This document shows positions 25,142 to 38,691 of a stretch of 64,000 nt of DNA, piece after piece (the stretch's first letter is position 1; each line of letters starts with the position of its first letter). The DNA is from Ginglymostoma cirratum (Eukaryota), in contig JAHRHZ010000271.1 of NCBI GenBank assembly GCA_024137785.1, forward strand, positions 25,404,554 to 25,468,553, written 5' to 3'. The notes under the pieces are model-generated. The model did no database searches. It saw nothing but the letters and a program-made list of their open reading frames with translations, and had not been told where the DNA came from. A program made the position numbers and the translations under genes.

Positions 25142-26828
25142 TGGTATTATTCTAACTACAGGAAAATAAAAAATATCTTAAACTATGGTGGTACCAACTT
25201 AAACTCTCTAACCCCTTCTTAAGCCCTTACATAGGTACGCAGACCGACATAGACAAAGCAAACATGGATGTTATGTGCAGAGAAAAAAATATTAGGAGGG
25301 CACAGTTCCGTAGCATCAGTCCACAAGATTCAATACAGTGTCCCTTTTTGCATTTTTGAGTCCTTTTCACCATTTTGTGTCTAAGTCCTTTCAGTTCTTT
25401 ATTGCAAACAAGGTGCAGTGACACATTAATTGTTCAGTTGCTCAGTCATTGGTTAGAAGCAACAACTTACAGCAAATGGTGGGAGAGAATAGTTTGTTAT
25501 CCTCCAATTCTTTAATTTCTCTGAAGGGAGAGAAAGAGGCTGCCTTGCTGCAGATTGGAGACTTTCTGCCAAATTATTGTTCGAATTGATGACTATTGAC
25601 CCCCATAACAGGTCCTGATTTTTTTTTTAAATCAGCAGTCTGTCTCTGGTACAAAACCTTCCCTGAAGACAGACCCATTGTTCTGTTGAGTCTCATGCAC
25701 CTTCCCTCAAAGATCGAACAAATGACGATATAAATACCGTCAGTGTTGCAGCAGCTTGTTTTCACAAGTGTACCACCATCCTTGGTTTAAAGCAGTTTCC
25801 TTTTTCAGTTTTGATCCACAATCAAAAATAAAAAAAATGATCTTCACAATACCAAAAAGCCATGGTACTGGTGATGGAAAGGGAGAATATTGGGTCCAGT
25901 ACCAGGAATTCTGATCAAGCAATCTTTTATGTGTGAAACGTCTGTTCATTGGATAAACTTCATTCTGTAATTTTTCAATAAAAGTTTACCATCAGTGCTT
26001 TTTCTTCCACCAGTCGATAATGCACAGAGAGAATTTAGATCGAGGTTTCTGTTCTCTAGATGTGTTTGTAGTCAAAACATCTCTGTGTGCAATTAGTGTT
26101 GCACAAAAGAAGTCAACACAACTGCTGGGTTTTTGCGAAACAAATTTTGCAAACTAGGTAGCCTATACAATTTTAGGCAAACAACCAAATACAGTTGGCT
26201 TTTGAAAAATTTCTTAGCTCTCCCTCAATCTTAATTTATATACGTTGCTCATACTTTCGTCCCCTATTCATAACACCCAACTACAGAGCCAGGTTAGCTG
26301 AGGTTTTCATTAATTTCTTTTGTTTTGGTATTGAAAAAGAACTTTTTTCTTCCCCCCCACCCCCACAACAAAAACATCATCTTTAGCTTGCCAATTACTG
26401 AAATGCTCCTTGTAATGCTGAGGGCTAACTGTCAGCATTTTTAATTCACTGATCTTTTGTATCTGTGTTGTAATTTTGTACGCGCATGTGTTATTGTTGC
26501 TTGGCAACTATTAGTTCTACAATGCGGATAAGCAGAATGCTGGCTTTGCAGCAAATTAAAGCACAATAGGTTATCTACGCACTATTTATCACAACACTGT
26601 CAGGACTGTTTGATTCTTCAGTAAAGCTTTCCGATAGAACTTAGTCGGTAAATGCACCTTCAGCAAGTACCTGTAGGCATTTCCCTTCCCCTGCGTCTCT
26701 GTGTGCTTAGTGTCTTTTTTAATTACATTGAGCAGGAACATTATCAGCAACTGCTTTTAAAATGTTGACAGGTTAAGTAAATAACACATGTATTGATTGC
26801 TCTGAATTTATTTATTTGCCTTTTTCAG

Positions 26829-26980
26829 GTAACACCAATGTCTGGCCCACAGGAAGGGGGGACTCAGGTTACCATCCATGGAGTGAATCTTGGCCTGGAT
26901 TTTTTGGACATTGCTAATAATGTGCGCGTGGCAGGAGTGCAATGTATCCCACTGCTAGATGGATACATCATCGCCGAACA
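26829..26980 (+). CDS. PLXNA2: Plexin-A2 internal coding exon (IPT/TIG), phase 0-2
   Basis: tttcag|GTA ACA...GAA CA|gtaagt. 152 nt: [50 protein letters not shown](Q); IPT motif GPxEGGTxVTIxG. Confidence 0.95.
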
Positions 26981-27134
26981 GTAAGTTCAGTCTACAATTT
27001 GGAAAAGAAAATGATCTTTCTACCTATCTGATTTGACTCCTGGTGCCATAACCTTCCAGGTTACTGTACCAATGGTTTAGCCTGGCAGCTTTTTGTGTCG
27101 ACATTTGGAGGAATTTACCAAAGTGGACTCTGAA

Positions 27135-27222
27135 ACCAGTCCTGAAGAAGGTTTAATTCTGAGTTCTCGCCACAGATGCTGTCAGACCTGCTGCAATTTT
27201 CCAGCAATTTCTGTTTTTGCTT
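27135..27222 (+). mobile_element. PLE 3' end fragment (second family), internally deleted
   Basis: ctgaagaagg..cacagatgctgtcagacctgctgcaattttccagcaatttctgtttttg, similar to 40325-40372. Confidence 0.7.
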
Positions 27223-27351
27223 CTGAGGCCAAAGATCCTGATTTATCGTTGGTATTTTCCAGTGCATAAAATTAAATTATTAACTTTAAGTACTTTCATT
27301 TTCATTGATTGCTAAGAGCAGCCTAGCTGGTGTTGTTGTTGCAGCCCTTAA

Positions 27352-27511
27352 GACTAAAGACACAGGAGCAGAAGTAAATCCTTTGGCCTATTGAGTCCAC
27401 TCTACCATTCAATGAAATCATGACATCAGCTCCACTTTCCTGCTTTATCCCCATAATCCTTGGTTCCCTTAATGATTACAAATCTGTGTCTCTGAGCGTT
27501 GGATATGCTTA
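27352..27511 (-). mobile_element. CR1 3' tail fragment (host of the solo LTR)
   Basis: aagacacaggagcagaagta..ccattcaatgaaatcatg..ctccactttcctgctttatccccataatccttg. Confidence 0.7.
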
Positions 27512-28154
27512 TGTAATGGACCAGACCAGACCTCCCAAAATATAGTAAGGAGATAGCCTAAACCCAAACTTTTGTATTTATTTAAACACAAGTTGTAAGG
27601 TGCTGTGTTCCAGATGAAATTTGATTGGTCCACCCCTTGGCTTTAAGCAAACACACTTTATTCTTACAACGCAGTTAAAATACAAGTGGGAAGAAGAGCT
27701 GGTGTAGCTTTAACACTGTTGAAATACTTAACGAGATAATATATGGTTTAACCACTAATCATCAACTGTTCCAACATAGGCAGCATTCCCACAAACACGC
27801 TCTTTGGCAAAAATGCAATTCAGCAAAACAGTCATGGTTCTCACTTCCTATCTCTCTCCAGTCTGGAAGAAAGAAACAGTCTGCTGCTTTTGATTTTTAA
27901 GAGCAAGCCCCACTGTCTTAGACACTAGCAGCAGAGAACTCGAGCTTTTAGCTTCAGCAGCCAGCAGAAAATCTGCAACTGAAAGCAAAACCAAAAGTGT
28001 TCCAGGGACTCATGCATCTTTGGCCCAAGGATAACTTCAAGCTGTTTACTAACTGCCTGTCTGAAGGAGACATTCCAGCACCACTGTGGCAATGCCTCTG
28101 CCCAAGAGAAATGGGACAGAACACAATGTCTCTTAAAGACACAGTATCATTGCA
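27512..28154 (-). mobile_element. Solo LTR (643 bp), probably Gypsy-class, inserted in a CR1 tail
   Basis: Ends TGTAATG...CATTGCA (imperfect inverted termini, TG..CA). 4-bp TSD CTTA at 27508-27511 and 28155-28158. AATAAA on the minus strand at 27657-27662. Confidence 0.75.
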
Positions 28155-29329
28155 CTTAACATTTCAACTCAAGTGACAGGTTTTAAAAAGCTTTAGGACT
28201 TGAAATTGTCACTAGACAACAACTAGTTCTGGATATAGGTGTCCAGCATTTAACTGGCTTCAGTTATGAGCTAATTCTGAACTGAAATTTATATGGTTTT
28301 AATAGCCCACCGTTCTCTTAATGGGTCTACTCCCTTTACAAACCTTTTAATTTCATCATGAGCTTCACTTGCCATTGGGCCATAAGCAAGGCTGTTGTCT
28401 GTATTATGCATTGAAGAGCAGATCTTTGTCTTCATGATCCAAATAGCAATATAGTTGAGTAAACCATCAATTCTTTATAGAAGTCACCCAATTTTCATTC
28501 CGTCCGGAATAGTGGACCGGATAACTGTCCAGATGATGAAAATTCACAATAGTGTGCTGACTCTTGTCTTTGATTAAGCTTAGAATTCATTCAGAACTTC
28601 CTGATTTCTCCCATAAAACCTGCTTTAGAAATGGGACAGTGCAGCCTTATTGCCTACTGTCATTAGCCCTGTGGAGTAGTGGGTTTGTGTCTGTAGATTT
28701 CTGGAATTTGATTTAGTGGTACATTTAAATTTCTTCTGCAATTCTATGAGCCAGTGCTGTGGCGCCTGAGGCTTAGCTGTAGCATGACTGAACTTGCTCA
28801 CATCAAATCAATGACAATCACATTGTACAATGCGGTAAATACGTCTCCAGCCACATGTGAGGTTTCAGTTCAAACACTGAAATAAGGTTCTACAGGTCAA
28901 AGGCTATCATTGTGAATTTTGTTTTTTGCATATCTGTCCTGTAATACCCCAGGTTTAGAAAAATCAACTCTGCAAGTTTCTTTCACTGTATTGCCGACAA
29001 AGGATCAGCATTTGAATGTAGACTCTGTAGTTTCTGTATATTCCTGTATGCAATTATGAATCTTTAAAAAGCAATGCAACAAGTTGGCACTTATATAACC
29101 ACATTTACCATTGTGAAACATCACAAAGTGCTTCACAGAAATTGAATTTACAAAATTTGGTGCTAAGCTACATGAAATAATAGATTGGATACAGTGTAAA
29201 ATTTAATTTTTTCATTGTCGTGTTTATTTTGTTATAAAATGCAGTGAAAAGTGTTGTATGGTGTCGCCACTCTCCGTGCCATCTTCATGACCTTTTTCCC
29301 TAGACCAACTTATCTAGCATTTCTTGCTT

Positions 29330-30420
29330 GACTTCTCCCTTTAGCCCTGCAAATCTCATTTTAGGTTATGACCCAATGACTCTTTTGAAAGCCGTGATTG
29401 AATCTGTCTCCACCACACATGGGAACTGCAGCCCAAGACTGCTTACAGCGCAGAAGGATTTTTCCTCAATTTGCCGTTAGTCCTTTGCTGGCCACCTTGG
29501 ATCAGTATTCTCCAGTTCTCAAACTTTCTTTCAATGGGAACAGTTTCTCTGTACCTACTCTGTCCAGACCCATCGCAAGGTTGGACATTTGTATCAAATT
29601 TCCTTCAACAATCTTTTCTCTAAAGGCAAAGAGCCCAGTTTCTCTAACCTAGTAACTATAATCCCCTCTTCCCTGGGATCATTCCAGTAATTTTTTCCTG
29701 CACCTTTTCTAAAGCCTTCACATCCTCTAGAAATATGGTGTACAGAATTTGAAACAGTACTCCAGTTGAGGCTGAACCAATTGTTTAAAAAGCTTCACCA
29801 TAACCTGCTTAATTTTACATCCTATGCATCTACTTCTCACCCTCAGGATCCCATACACCTTAATAGCCACTTTTCCGACTCGCCCTGCCTCTTTGAATGA
29901 TTTGTGCCCATGTACCTCTATTTTACAATTGCTCCTGCAGCCTCCTTGGAATTGTTCTGTTTACTTGTGTTGCTTGTCCTATGAAAGTGTTTCACTTCAC
30001 TTTTCTCTGCATTGCATGTCATCAGTCACATCTCTACCTATTCCACCAATCTGTGTCCTCTTGAAGTGCACGTCTGTATCCTTCTCATAGTTCAAAAGGC
30101 TTCCTGGTTTTGGTGTCACTGCAAATTCTGAAATTGTGCTGGGCATGCCCAAATCAATGGAAGTAATATAATTCAAGGATGCTGTAGTTCAAATAGGAGC
30201 CTCTGCAGAACCTCACTGTTCTGTCGAGTTTGTAAAAAAAAAACTATTCAACAATGCTCTGTTCCTATAACTCAGCCACGTTTTGTATTCATGCTGTTTT
30301 ATTTGTGGCCTTTAGCTTCGCTGACAAATCTTTTGCATAGCCATTTAGAAGTCCATGTGTATCATATCAACAGCAATATCCTCATGAACCCACCCTGTTA
30401 CTGTATCAATGAAAAATTAA
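29330..30420 (-). mobile_element. Degraded CR1-type LINE
   Basis: ctaaagccttcacatcc..tggtgtacagaatttgaaacagtactccagttgagg (reverse complement of RPxLEYCxQFW-type motif) and ttggtgtcactgcaaatt (KFADD-region remnant). Confidence 0.65.
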
Positions 30421-30729
30421 ACTTATTTCATTCCATCTTATTTGCAGCTTCCTATTTCTTTCTTTCCATCTGTCTCTCCAAATGTCTTGTGCATTTGGTT
30501 CTTCTTCTCTCCTGGTAAACTTTTTTTTTGTTGTTTTTCCTGCGAGATTAATTTAACCCTTCCCCAAAGCACTAACAAATCACCCCACAAGAGCATAGAT
30601 CGCAGGACCGTTGATGTGCAACCTGTCAGATTTATTTAGGTCCTTCTTCCTCAAGTCAGTCACAATTCCCAGGATTGTAAACCTCTCTCCTTCCTGCACC
30701 ACATTTCCATTCATCTTTTCTTGAGATAT

Positions 30730-31545
30730 TCAGAGAGGTGACCAAAAGTTTGGTCAGAGAGCGATTTAAATAGCAACTTGAAGAAGGAAAGGAGGCAGAA
30801 GGTTTGGGGAAGAACTCTAGAATTTGGATCATCAATGACTCTGCCTTCGAGCACCAGTGGTGGAGTGATTAAAATAGATTGACTCGACATCTGTGTTACA
30901 AGGGTGAAAGTAATCTGTCTTAGACATGATGCAGTACTGTGATAGGAAGCTCACATCTGCATCATATATCGCAGACAAATTGCAAAGAGTCTTGCTCTTC
31001 AGCCTGAAGCAGAGGAATGGAATTGGCAGCTATGATATGGAGTTTGTAGCAATGGCTTTGTGCTTCCCAATATTTGTTTGGAGAAAATTTTTGCTTATCC
31101 AGTAATGGATATCAGTCAAAGCAGTCCTTACAATCTAGAGATAATGGAAGTTTGAGAGAAGTGATGGTGAGTTAGGGCTGTGTTCTTAGTATGTCTGTGG
31201 AAACTTGATGTTAACACATTAATGAGAAATTGGAAAGAAGCCAAATTTAGAAGCTTGGGAGAGTTCTGACATGACAGTACAAGGAATGCCAGGAAAAGGC
31301 TGATTTTCTGATTGTGACCAAATGTATACGAGTGGAGCAAGGAAGTGTAGTCTCTCACACCTGGACATTAGAGGGGAGACATTGGAGAAGGATGATCGGG
31401 TTAAACATATTAAAGACTGCGAACAGTTTGAGAAGGGCCAAGATGAATTGTTTGCCATAGTTCCTTCCATAGGATGTCATTTGTGACATTAATGGATGCT
31501 GGTTCAGCATTTTAGCAGGTGCAGAAAACTGATTGGAGGTTAAAA
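30730..31545 (-). mobile_element. Highly degraded L2-like LINE
   Basis: Purine-rich plus strand with L2-like remnants (ttcccaatatttgtttggagaaaatt..tgcttatccagtaatggat; gagaagggccaagatg). Approximate boundaries. Confidence 0.45.
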
Positions 31546-34500
31546 CTCCAGTCACACTCACTATTTTGTTCTCATATCCACGTTAATTGTAAATTATAAC
31601 AGTATAAATTATATTCATGATTTGTCAATAGGCTATCAATTGAAAGACTATAATAAAGGCTTTCACACATGGTATGCTTCCAGTAATAATATTGAGATTG
31701 ATTATATTTAAAAATGTCACAGATGAAATGATCATGACATTCAGCAAAAGACGTTCTAATTGATGCACTCTATTGTACTCGCGACTTTTTCATTCTGATC
31801 TCCCACTGTGTTCTTTGATTTGATATGTGCCAAGAAAACCAGGTTCTGCAGTAATGCTCTGACATCAGAGTTCAGTTACTCATAACTCAAATTAAAATCA
31901 AATCCAGATCACAGCACCAGATGAGAAACTGCTATGTCATTTGGGTAAGATCAGAGATTGATTGTCCATGCCAAAGGTTTCAAAAACTGTTTTAAACTAG
32001 CAAATGAACACATCTGCTGTGAATTTAAGATAAAGAAAACAAATGAAAAAGCTTTTACTGATTTTCAATCTTTCAGCATGACTTGATTGACAGTGTGTGC
32101 GGCCCAGTGTTTTTCTGATTATGTTGTACAAAAGCTTCAAAAACATATTAATAAAGCTCTGAAATGTTAACAATTACAATCAGACTTCCCCTCTTGGTGA
32201 TAGTATATAGGAAAAGCAGAGTAGCATGATGTTTTACTTCATAGCATATATAAATCTGCCAAATTTTACTTTAAAACATCTGTTTTATCAGGAATAAATT
32301 AAGTGGAATATTGATTTACCACCTGATGTAATTTATCAGTTGTAATCGGTACTCCAACAATGAGCAAAACTGAAGTATTTTAATGCTATGTTAATATTTG
32401 TCAACAATTACAATGAAATTCTAGAGCCCTTAAGCATAACACTTAAAATAAGTTATATATGAATGTTGGATACAGGATCTTAAGGATACTGCTGAAGGTA
32501 TTGAATGGCCTGGCTAACTGTAGAAGCATTTAATGAAATTGTTTGTTAGTATCTTACTTCAGATTGTATTGTTTTAAATTAATTTATTTAGTGAATACAG
32601 TATTAGAATCAGGCCAGTAATTCTATAGCATTTATAAAATAATAAAGTTAGATTCGAGTTTGAGAACTGAGCTCATTCTTTCATGATTGATTGAAGTCAT
32701 CCACTAAGTGCTTGTCTTATATGGACCAAGAAGGACTAAAGATCATCCCATTTCAGGTACCAATCTTAATGAGTGAGTAACAAAAAATACCTGAATTGTC
32801 GATGAGGACAAGATTGGATTTGGCCCTGACCAACTAGGCTAATGACACCGACTAAAACTACAGCACTTAATGAAGACCACCAAGCCAAATTACCACTGTC
32901 CATTAAACTGTAATCCATTAGAAATCAGAGTGTTTGGAAGGGAAACAATTTTCAATTCAAAAAAAAATTTCAAATCTTACCTGACATTTATGCCCTAGCT
33001 TTCCCCTGTGGACAGTTATACTCTTCCGTTGATTAAGATAGTGCTGATGTAACAGATTAACTTGTAGTGAGAGTGAAGCAGATATATAGTTTTACATTCC
33101 ATTTTCTGGCTCCATTACAGTGGATTCTGTCCAGTGTTTGGACTGTTCAACATATAGATAACGATGTAAACTATTACACAAACACAAGAAAAAAAACAAA
33201 TTGAAAATTTTGCATCTGAGCTTGATTTCATAAGAGTTAACTCATTTATAAACTGATAACTTCTGTATGAGAGAAGTGATTTATTTAGGCTTCATGTTTA
33301 GACTAGTTTCCTGCTGTGAATATGCCCTTTGGGAACTGAAATGAATCTCAATAAATTGTAACCAAATGAGCATTTGTATTCATGAAAACTAGTGATTAAC
33401 ATTTTGAATTCAGAGATAAGATTTCAAAATCAATATAAACATTATAGGCTTGAAATTACTGTTGTCAGGCAAGCACTTAAAACTCCATATGTGATATTCC
33501 CTTGCTCATTATTTTAACCTACAGGTTAAATTAAATCCTTTGTTAAATTAATGGACAAAGATCACACATACATGTTAAGCATTTGTCAGTGAGAGTCCTG
33601 GCTTTAAAATTATTTTTTCACTTGATTACAGGATTATTGGGAATGATTTGAACTCTGTATAATGCATGGTGCAACTAGGTGTGTGGTGTTTAGAAAGCAC
33701 TTTTGGTTTTGTTGATTAGGACAAAGAGAGAAATTCGGTGCTGTCTGTATTTCTCATTTAATTTAAAATCCATTTTTAAAACCTTGCTAGTCAGAAAGCA
33801 TACAATCATTATCATAGTAGCATCAAAAGTTTCACTCTTTTTGTATATTTTAGAAGAAATTTCTCCCAATATTTCACATTGAAGTAAGTTATCCTGTAAG
33901 ATTTATGAATCCATTGTTCAAAATTAAGGCTGTCAGGAAGCAGCCAGACTGAACACTCAATTGGTGCATTTGCACATTGACCTTTAGAAATGTGCTGGTC
34001 CTTGGCCAGACCTTTGTCTGAAACATTCAAGCTGTGTAATAAATGAGATGAACCATATTGGTCTGCCATTACTTGGTGTAATACATATAGCCTAATATCT
34101 CCTGCAGAAATTCTCTTAGCAAACATTAAATTTATGCTGTTTATCTATGTGAAATGAATATATTAGTTCCAGCACTATTTTTAATAACACAGCAATTTTT
34201 TAGTTGACTAGCTGAACCATGACTGGAGCCAAACTGTCCATTTTTTTTGGCAATTTTGTAGTACCTGAAGAGAAGTTTTCAATTAATGGTGTCTGTTTCA
34301 TCCATCTATCTAGCCAGTGCATGTCCATGGCTAATGCTGTCAAACCTAACCCTTTCAGCTGTTAACATAAAGTTAGAGAATTGGATTTAACAATCTCCTG
34401 CCAGCAGGTTTGGAAGTTAAGGTATGTAAGCTGCAGTGGGTGTCCTTTCTGATGCTAACCTGTTGCTAGGCCCATTGGAAGCGCCACCTCTCTCCCAGCA

Positions 34501-34644
34501 AGGTTAACCCCCCACTCAAATCTACACATGCATTCACAGCACACGCACGCACCATGCACATGCAAACATGCACGCGTCCAACATTCACTTGTAAATGACT
34601 AGAATTTCTGGCTCCCTATTCTTAACATAGATGTACCATATTGT

Positions 34645-34870
34645 GAATGCTGGATCGAGCTTAAAAAAAAAATGTTGGTAATACTTGACAGGTCCAGCAA
34701 CATCAATGGGGAGAGAAACAGAGTTAATGCGTCAGGTTGATGACTTTTCATCAGAACTAATCCAGATTTGATTTATAATAAAGGGTCATGGACTTGAAAA
34801 GCTAGCTCTATTTCTCTCTCCAGAGACATTGCTTGACTTGCTGTTCTGCCCATACCTTCGAATTTTTTTT
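34645..34870. mobile_element. Old, decayed palindromic PLE-derived insertion
   Basis: Minus arm reads gttCTGATGAaaagtcatcaacctgacgcattaactctgtttctctcc; plus arm reads gggtcatggacttgaaaagctagctctatttctctctccagagacattgcttgacttgctg. No clear TSD. Confidence 0.6.
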
Positions 34871-36048
34871 CAACTTTACTTAATATTATCAGCTTTTCAC
34901 ATAGATGGCTTGAATGGCTGTTTTTTCCCAACAAACAGGAATAATGAATGTGTCTTATTATTTTTCCAAACAAACAGAATCCTCTCTAAGAGCAGCCTGC
35001 AGTTTTGTTATTTTGACAGTAATGGATTTTATCTTTGAAACATGTCAAAAGGGGTGTTGCTAAATGACTTTCCTATTTTTAATATGAATTTTGTGAAAGG
35101 GGAAGGGCAGTGCCATCTGATTTTGGTGCTTGGTAGTAACTGGAATGGCACAATGGCATGTGCGAAGCCAACTCAACAGTTCTTCATTTCCATGTTAATG
35201 AGGTGAGTGCTTTAGGCGATTACCAATTCAGTGCATCATTCTTGAAAAGTGTAGTTTTATGGGATTTTGCAAGAAACGTGCAAAGCTGTAGTGACAAAAC
35301 TTCATTGCTAAAATCAATTCATGCCATTCATCAGCATCCAGTTCTTTCCTAAAGTGAGGAAATTAAGAACTCTGCATACATCATTAATTCAACTTCATTA
35401 ACTTAAAAACTCTATTGGATCTTTGACAAATTGTATGCTGTTAAAGCATATTATTCTTCCTTTTTTATTGCACTTTGCCTTTGGTTGAATGCTAATCACT
35501 TTAGTAGTACTGTTACTTTCAAGCAAGTAGTAACATTTAAAAGAACAATTGTCCAAGTTTTTTGTAAAAGTCTATTATTTTTTCGCAAGATGTGTGTTTT
35601 TTATTCTGTGAAATTCTTTTTGGAGTGGTTTAAGAGATGGGTTTGATTTTCCTGTTACTCTGTTTACTTGGCTGGTCTGCATTGCTTTGTTGTATGGAAT
35701 ATTACAAAATGTGAGACAAAGTGAAAGTTAATTGTAATAAATTGCTTTGTACTACAATCCCTTTCTTCCAGAGATAATCTTATAATTATATTTTCATGTT
35801 TTCTTTTTACTCTGTATAATTGAAATTCGCCATGTGCTACTTGCTGTAGGGGACAATTTGTTAGTTGTGCAGGAGTGTGACAGCAGCTTAATCTGTCCAG
35901 CTCTCTGCCAAGGAGCATTCATTTATTTCAGTAGAAAATGTCAGCGCAAAATTAGAAAGCAGCCATTTAACGGCAGATGCACATACAAGTGCTGGAAGGT
36001 GACATATGTTCTAATTCTGTGTTCTTACTTTCATGCTGCCTTTGACAG

Positions 36049-36166
36049 AATTGTGTGTGAAATGGGGGAGGCAAGGCCTCACAGAGAATCTGGTCCTGTG
36101 CAGCTCTGTGTTGGGGAGTGCAAGCCTGAATTTATGACAGAATCGTCGCAGCAGTATACCTTTGTG
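36049..36166 (+). CDS. PLXNA2: Plexin-A2 internal coding exon (IPT/TIG), phase 2-0
   Basis: tgacag|A ATT...TTT GTG|gtgagt. 118 nt: [39 protein letters not shown]. Confidence 0.95.
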
Positions 36167-36879
36167 GTGAGTTAATCTGAGAATGAGTGGCTGAATGGCC
36201 AATTGAGAAATATCACTCTTTCACAAAACCCATCCCAGGATGTAAAAAGTGAAATTAGCTTTCTTTGCTTTCGTACAGTCTACTGTAAATTTAGAAATAC
36301 TTCTATTCTGTAATAACTACATGATGCGATATCATCTAATGAGTGTTTTCTGATCTGTCTCTTTATTTTTTCTTTATGGTTTGGCCTTTCAATCTTTAAC
36401 TTAGTTTCCTGGGTGTCTGCTGCATTTTCATTTCAGTTATTCAGCCCTCGTTATAGTCATGATCAATTCTAGCTACAAGTTCTGACAGAAAAGACAGCAT
36501 TACAACTTTTATTGATGTTGTTGAGTGGCATCAGCATTTAATGTATTCAAAATGTTCCTCATTTCTGACTGTCCAGAAAACACTCATCTCCAAAGTCCTA
36601 ATCAGATTGCAAAAATCATTACTTTTTTTTCCATTTTTATGAAAAAAGATTGTGAAACTTTCTATATTTTTCAATTTATGGAGTGTTTAAAATCCAAAAT
36701 TAATGTCGATGACTTGTTGATTAAGTTTGCAACTTGACAGTGTTTCATGTTGTCTCTCTGTTATACTTTCTTGTAGCTTTTATTTCTCCTTCCCTCCCTG
36801 GCCAGATTTTCCCTTTCTGAAACTAAGTTTGGGGGAAAAGTGCATTGTTGTCAAATAACTTGCACCCCTCGCCTTATCA

Positions 36880-37130
36880 AAGAATCCTTACAGTGCAGGT
36901 AAAAGCCATTCGGCCCATCAAGTCTGCACCAACCCTTGAAAAGCATCACATCCAGACACACCCCACCTTTGGACTGTGGGAGGAAACCGGAGCACCTGGC
37001 AGAAACCCATGCAGACACAGGGAGAATGTGAAGACTCCACTCAGACAGTCACACAAGGCCGGAATTGAATATGGGGGTCACTGGCACTGAGAGACAGCAG
37101 TACTACCACTGAGTCATTCTGCCACCACCC
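36880..37130 (-). mobile_element. HE1-like V-SINE (elasmobranch), internally deleted
   Basis: V-domain ggaggaaaccggagcacc..gaaacccatgcagacacagggagaatgtg..ctccac, tRNA-like head at 37070-37128, CR1-like tail gccattcggcccatc. Confidence 0.8.
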
Positions 37131-37513
37131 TCCTAAAAGGCTCACAATAGTTCATGTGAATCAGCTTGTTGGGAGATGAACAGTGAGCTCCAGTGAGTTT
37201 CTTAGTCTATCACAGCCCCAACAACTAAGTTCCCCCAAATTCTTTCTGGTACTCAGACTTGAGGTCTGTGTGAGACAACAGCCTCTGAAAATGAAAGCCA
37301 GTGTGTCAGCATGCTGATCGCTGAGCAGGCGTGACCACACTGCTTCATGAGGGTCGAGAGTTCAGCAGGCTCTTGGTCGAACCCAGTATCCTGGTACTGT
37401 GAGGCAGCAGTGCCAAACACAGAGACATCGTGCTGCCTGAAAATTTGATGAATTTGTCAAGGTTCATTGCTAGCAGATAAAAGGTGTATGATATGCATAA
37501 ACCCATAGCATGG

Positions 37514-37535
37514 GTACGTACATACATACATACAT
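37514..37535 (+). repeat. (TACA)n microsatellite
   Basis: gtacgtacatacatacatacat. Confidence 0.7.
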
Positions 37536-38554
37536 TTAATGCCTTCGTGTACGAAAATATTGATTTCCCTGAGGGTCATTGGAGGCCTTCAGGAATCCTT
37601 GTGAAAGGTGAAATCTAACATTTCTGGGCCATTAAAAATAATGAAATAACCAAATTGTCCAAACAAAATTTATTTTGTGTTAAATAAGGTTATCATTTCA
37701 ATTTATGCTGATGTATGGGAGACATTTGTTGTCATTTTTGAATTTTGGAATTTCAATATCCTGCATAAACAGGCTAAACTGTATTTTCCTCGAATGCATC
37801 TACCTCAAGCTCCGAGTGTTTTCATAACTTCTCGGTTTCCTCCAAGTTAGATGTATTTCTCAAACCATCAAAGAATATTTCGATTCTTTGATTAGCATTA
37901 CAGTGAGTGCGTGATTCAGTTCTGATGAAGCAAATTTGACTGACACTGCTTAAAATTATTCAGTATGCCTTTGGTAATACACACAAGATTTGGAACCATG
38001 TTGAGAGAGTGAGAGCAAACCAAGTAGATTTGTTTCAAATTGCCTTTTTTTTTCCCAAAAACGTCAGAAGCTATTATTTATTTTTGTTAGTTAGCCATTT
38101 AACGAGAGAGAACAAAAGTGAAGGGTGTGCAATACTTTCCAAGGCACTTATGGTAATTTGTTTATTATCTTTTCTTATAAAGATAATACAGCTCCAAATG
38201 AAATACTGAGTTGCAAAACCAACTGTATAATTCAAGCTGTTACTGCTGGTGGTAAAAGTTAATGAATGAAAAAGAGGGCAGTCATTGAAAGTATTCTTTT
38301 CAAACCTTCAAAGGTGACAGCCATCAGAGATATGTATATATCACTGGGTGCCCTTGGGAAAGGAGAAGAAGGGAAGTTAATAAATGTAAGCCAAGGATCT
38401 TTGGTTTTCTTATCGCAAGAGTGACACATCATGAAAAGAATTTGTATGATAGTATCAGTTAGGGTAAACTGGAGAAGTGATATTATTTGTTAATCCATCT
38501 TTTAACATATTTCTCTTTAAAGTATGATTTTGCTTTCTCTTTTCCTTTGCGCAG

Positions 38555-38691
38555 AAGCCCTCACTGGAAGACCTGAAACCAAATCGAGGCCCAGAGTCTG
38601 GGGGAACAATGGTAACAATTACTGGAAGATATCTTGGAGCTGGCAGCAATGTCAATGTGTTGTTTGGGAATCAAACCTGCGAGTTTTACAG
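38555..38691 (+). CDS. PLXNA2: Plexin-A2 internal coding exon (IPT/TIG), phase 0-2
   Basis: gcgcag|AAG CCC...TAC AG|gtgagg. 137 nt: [45 protein letters not shown](R). Confidence 0.94.
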
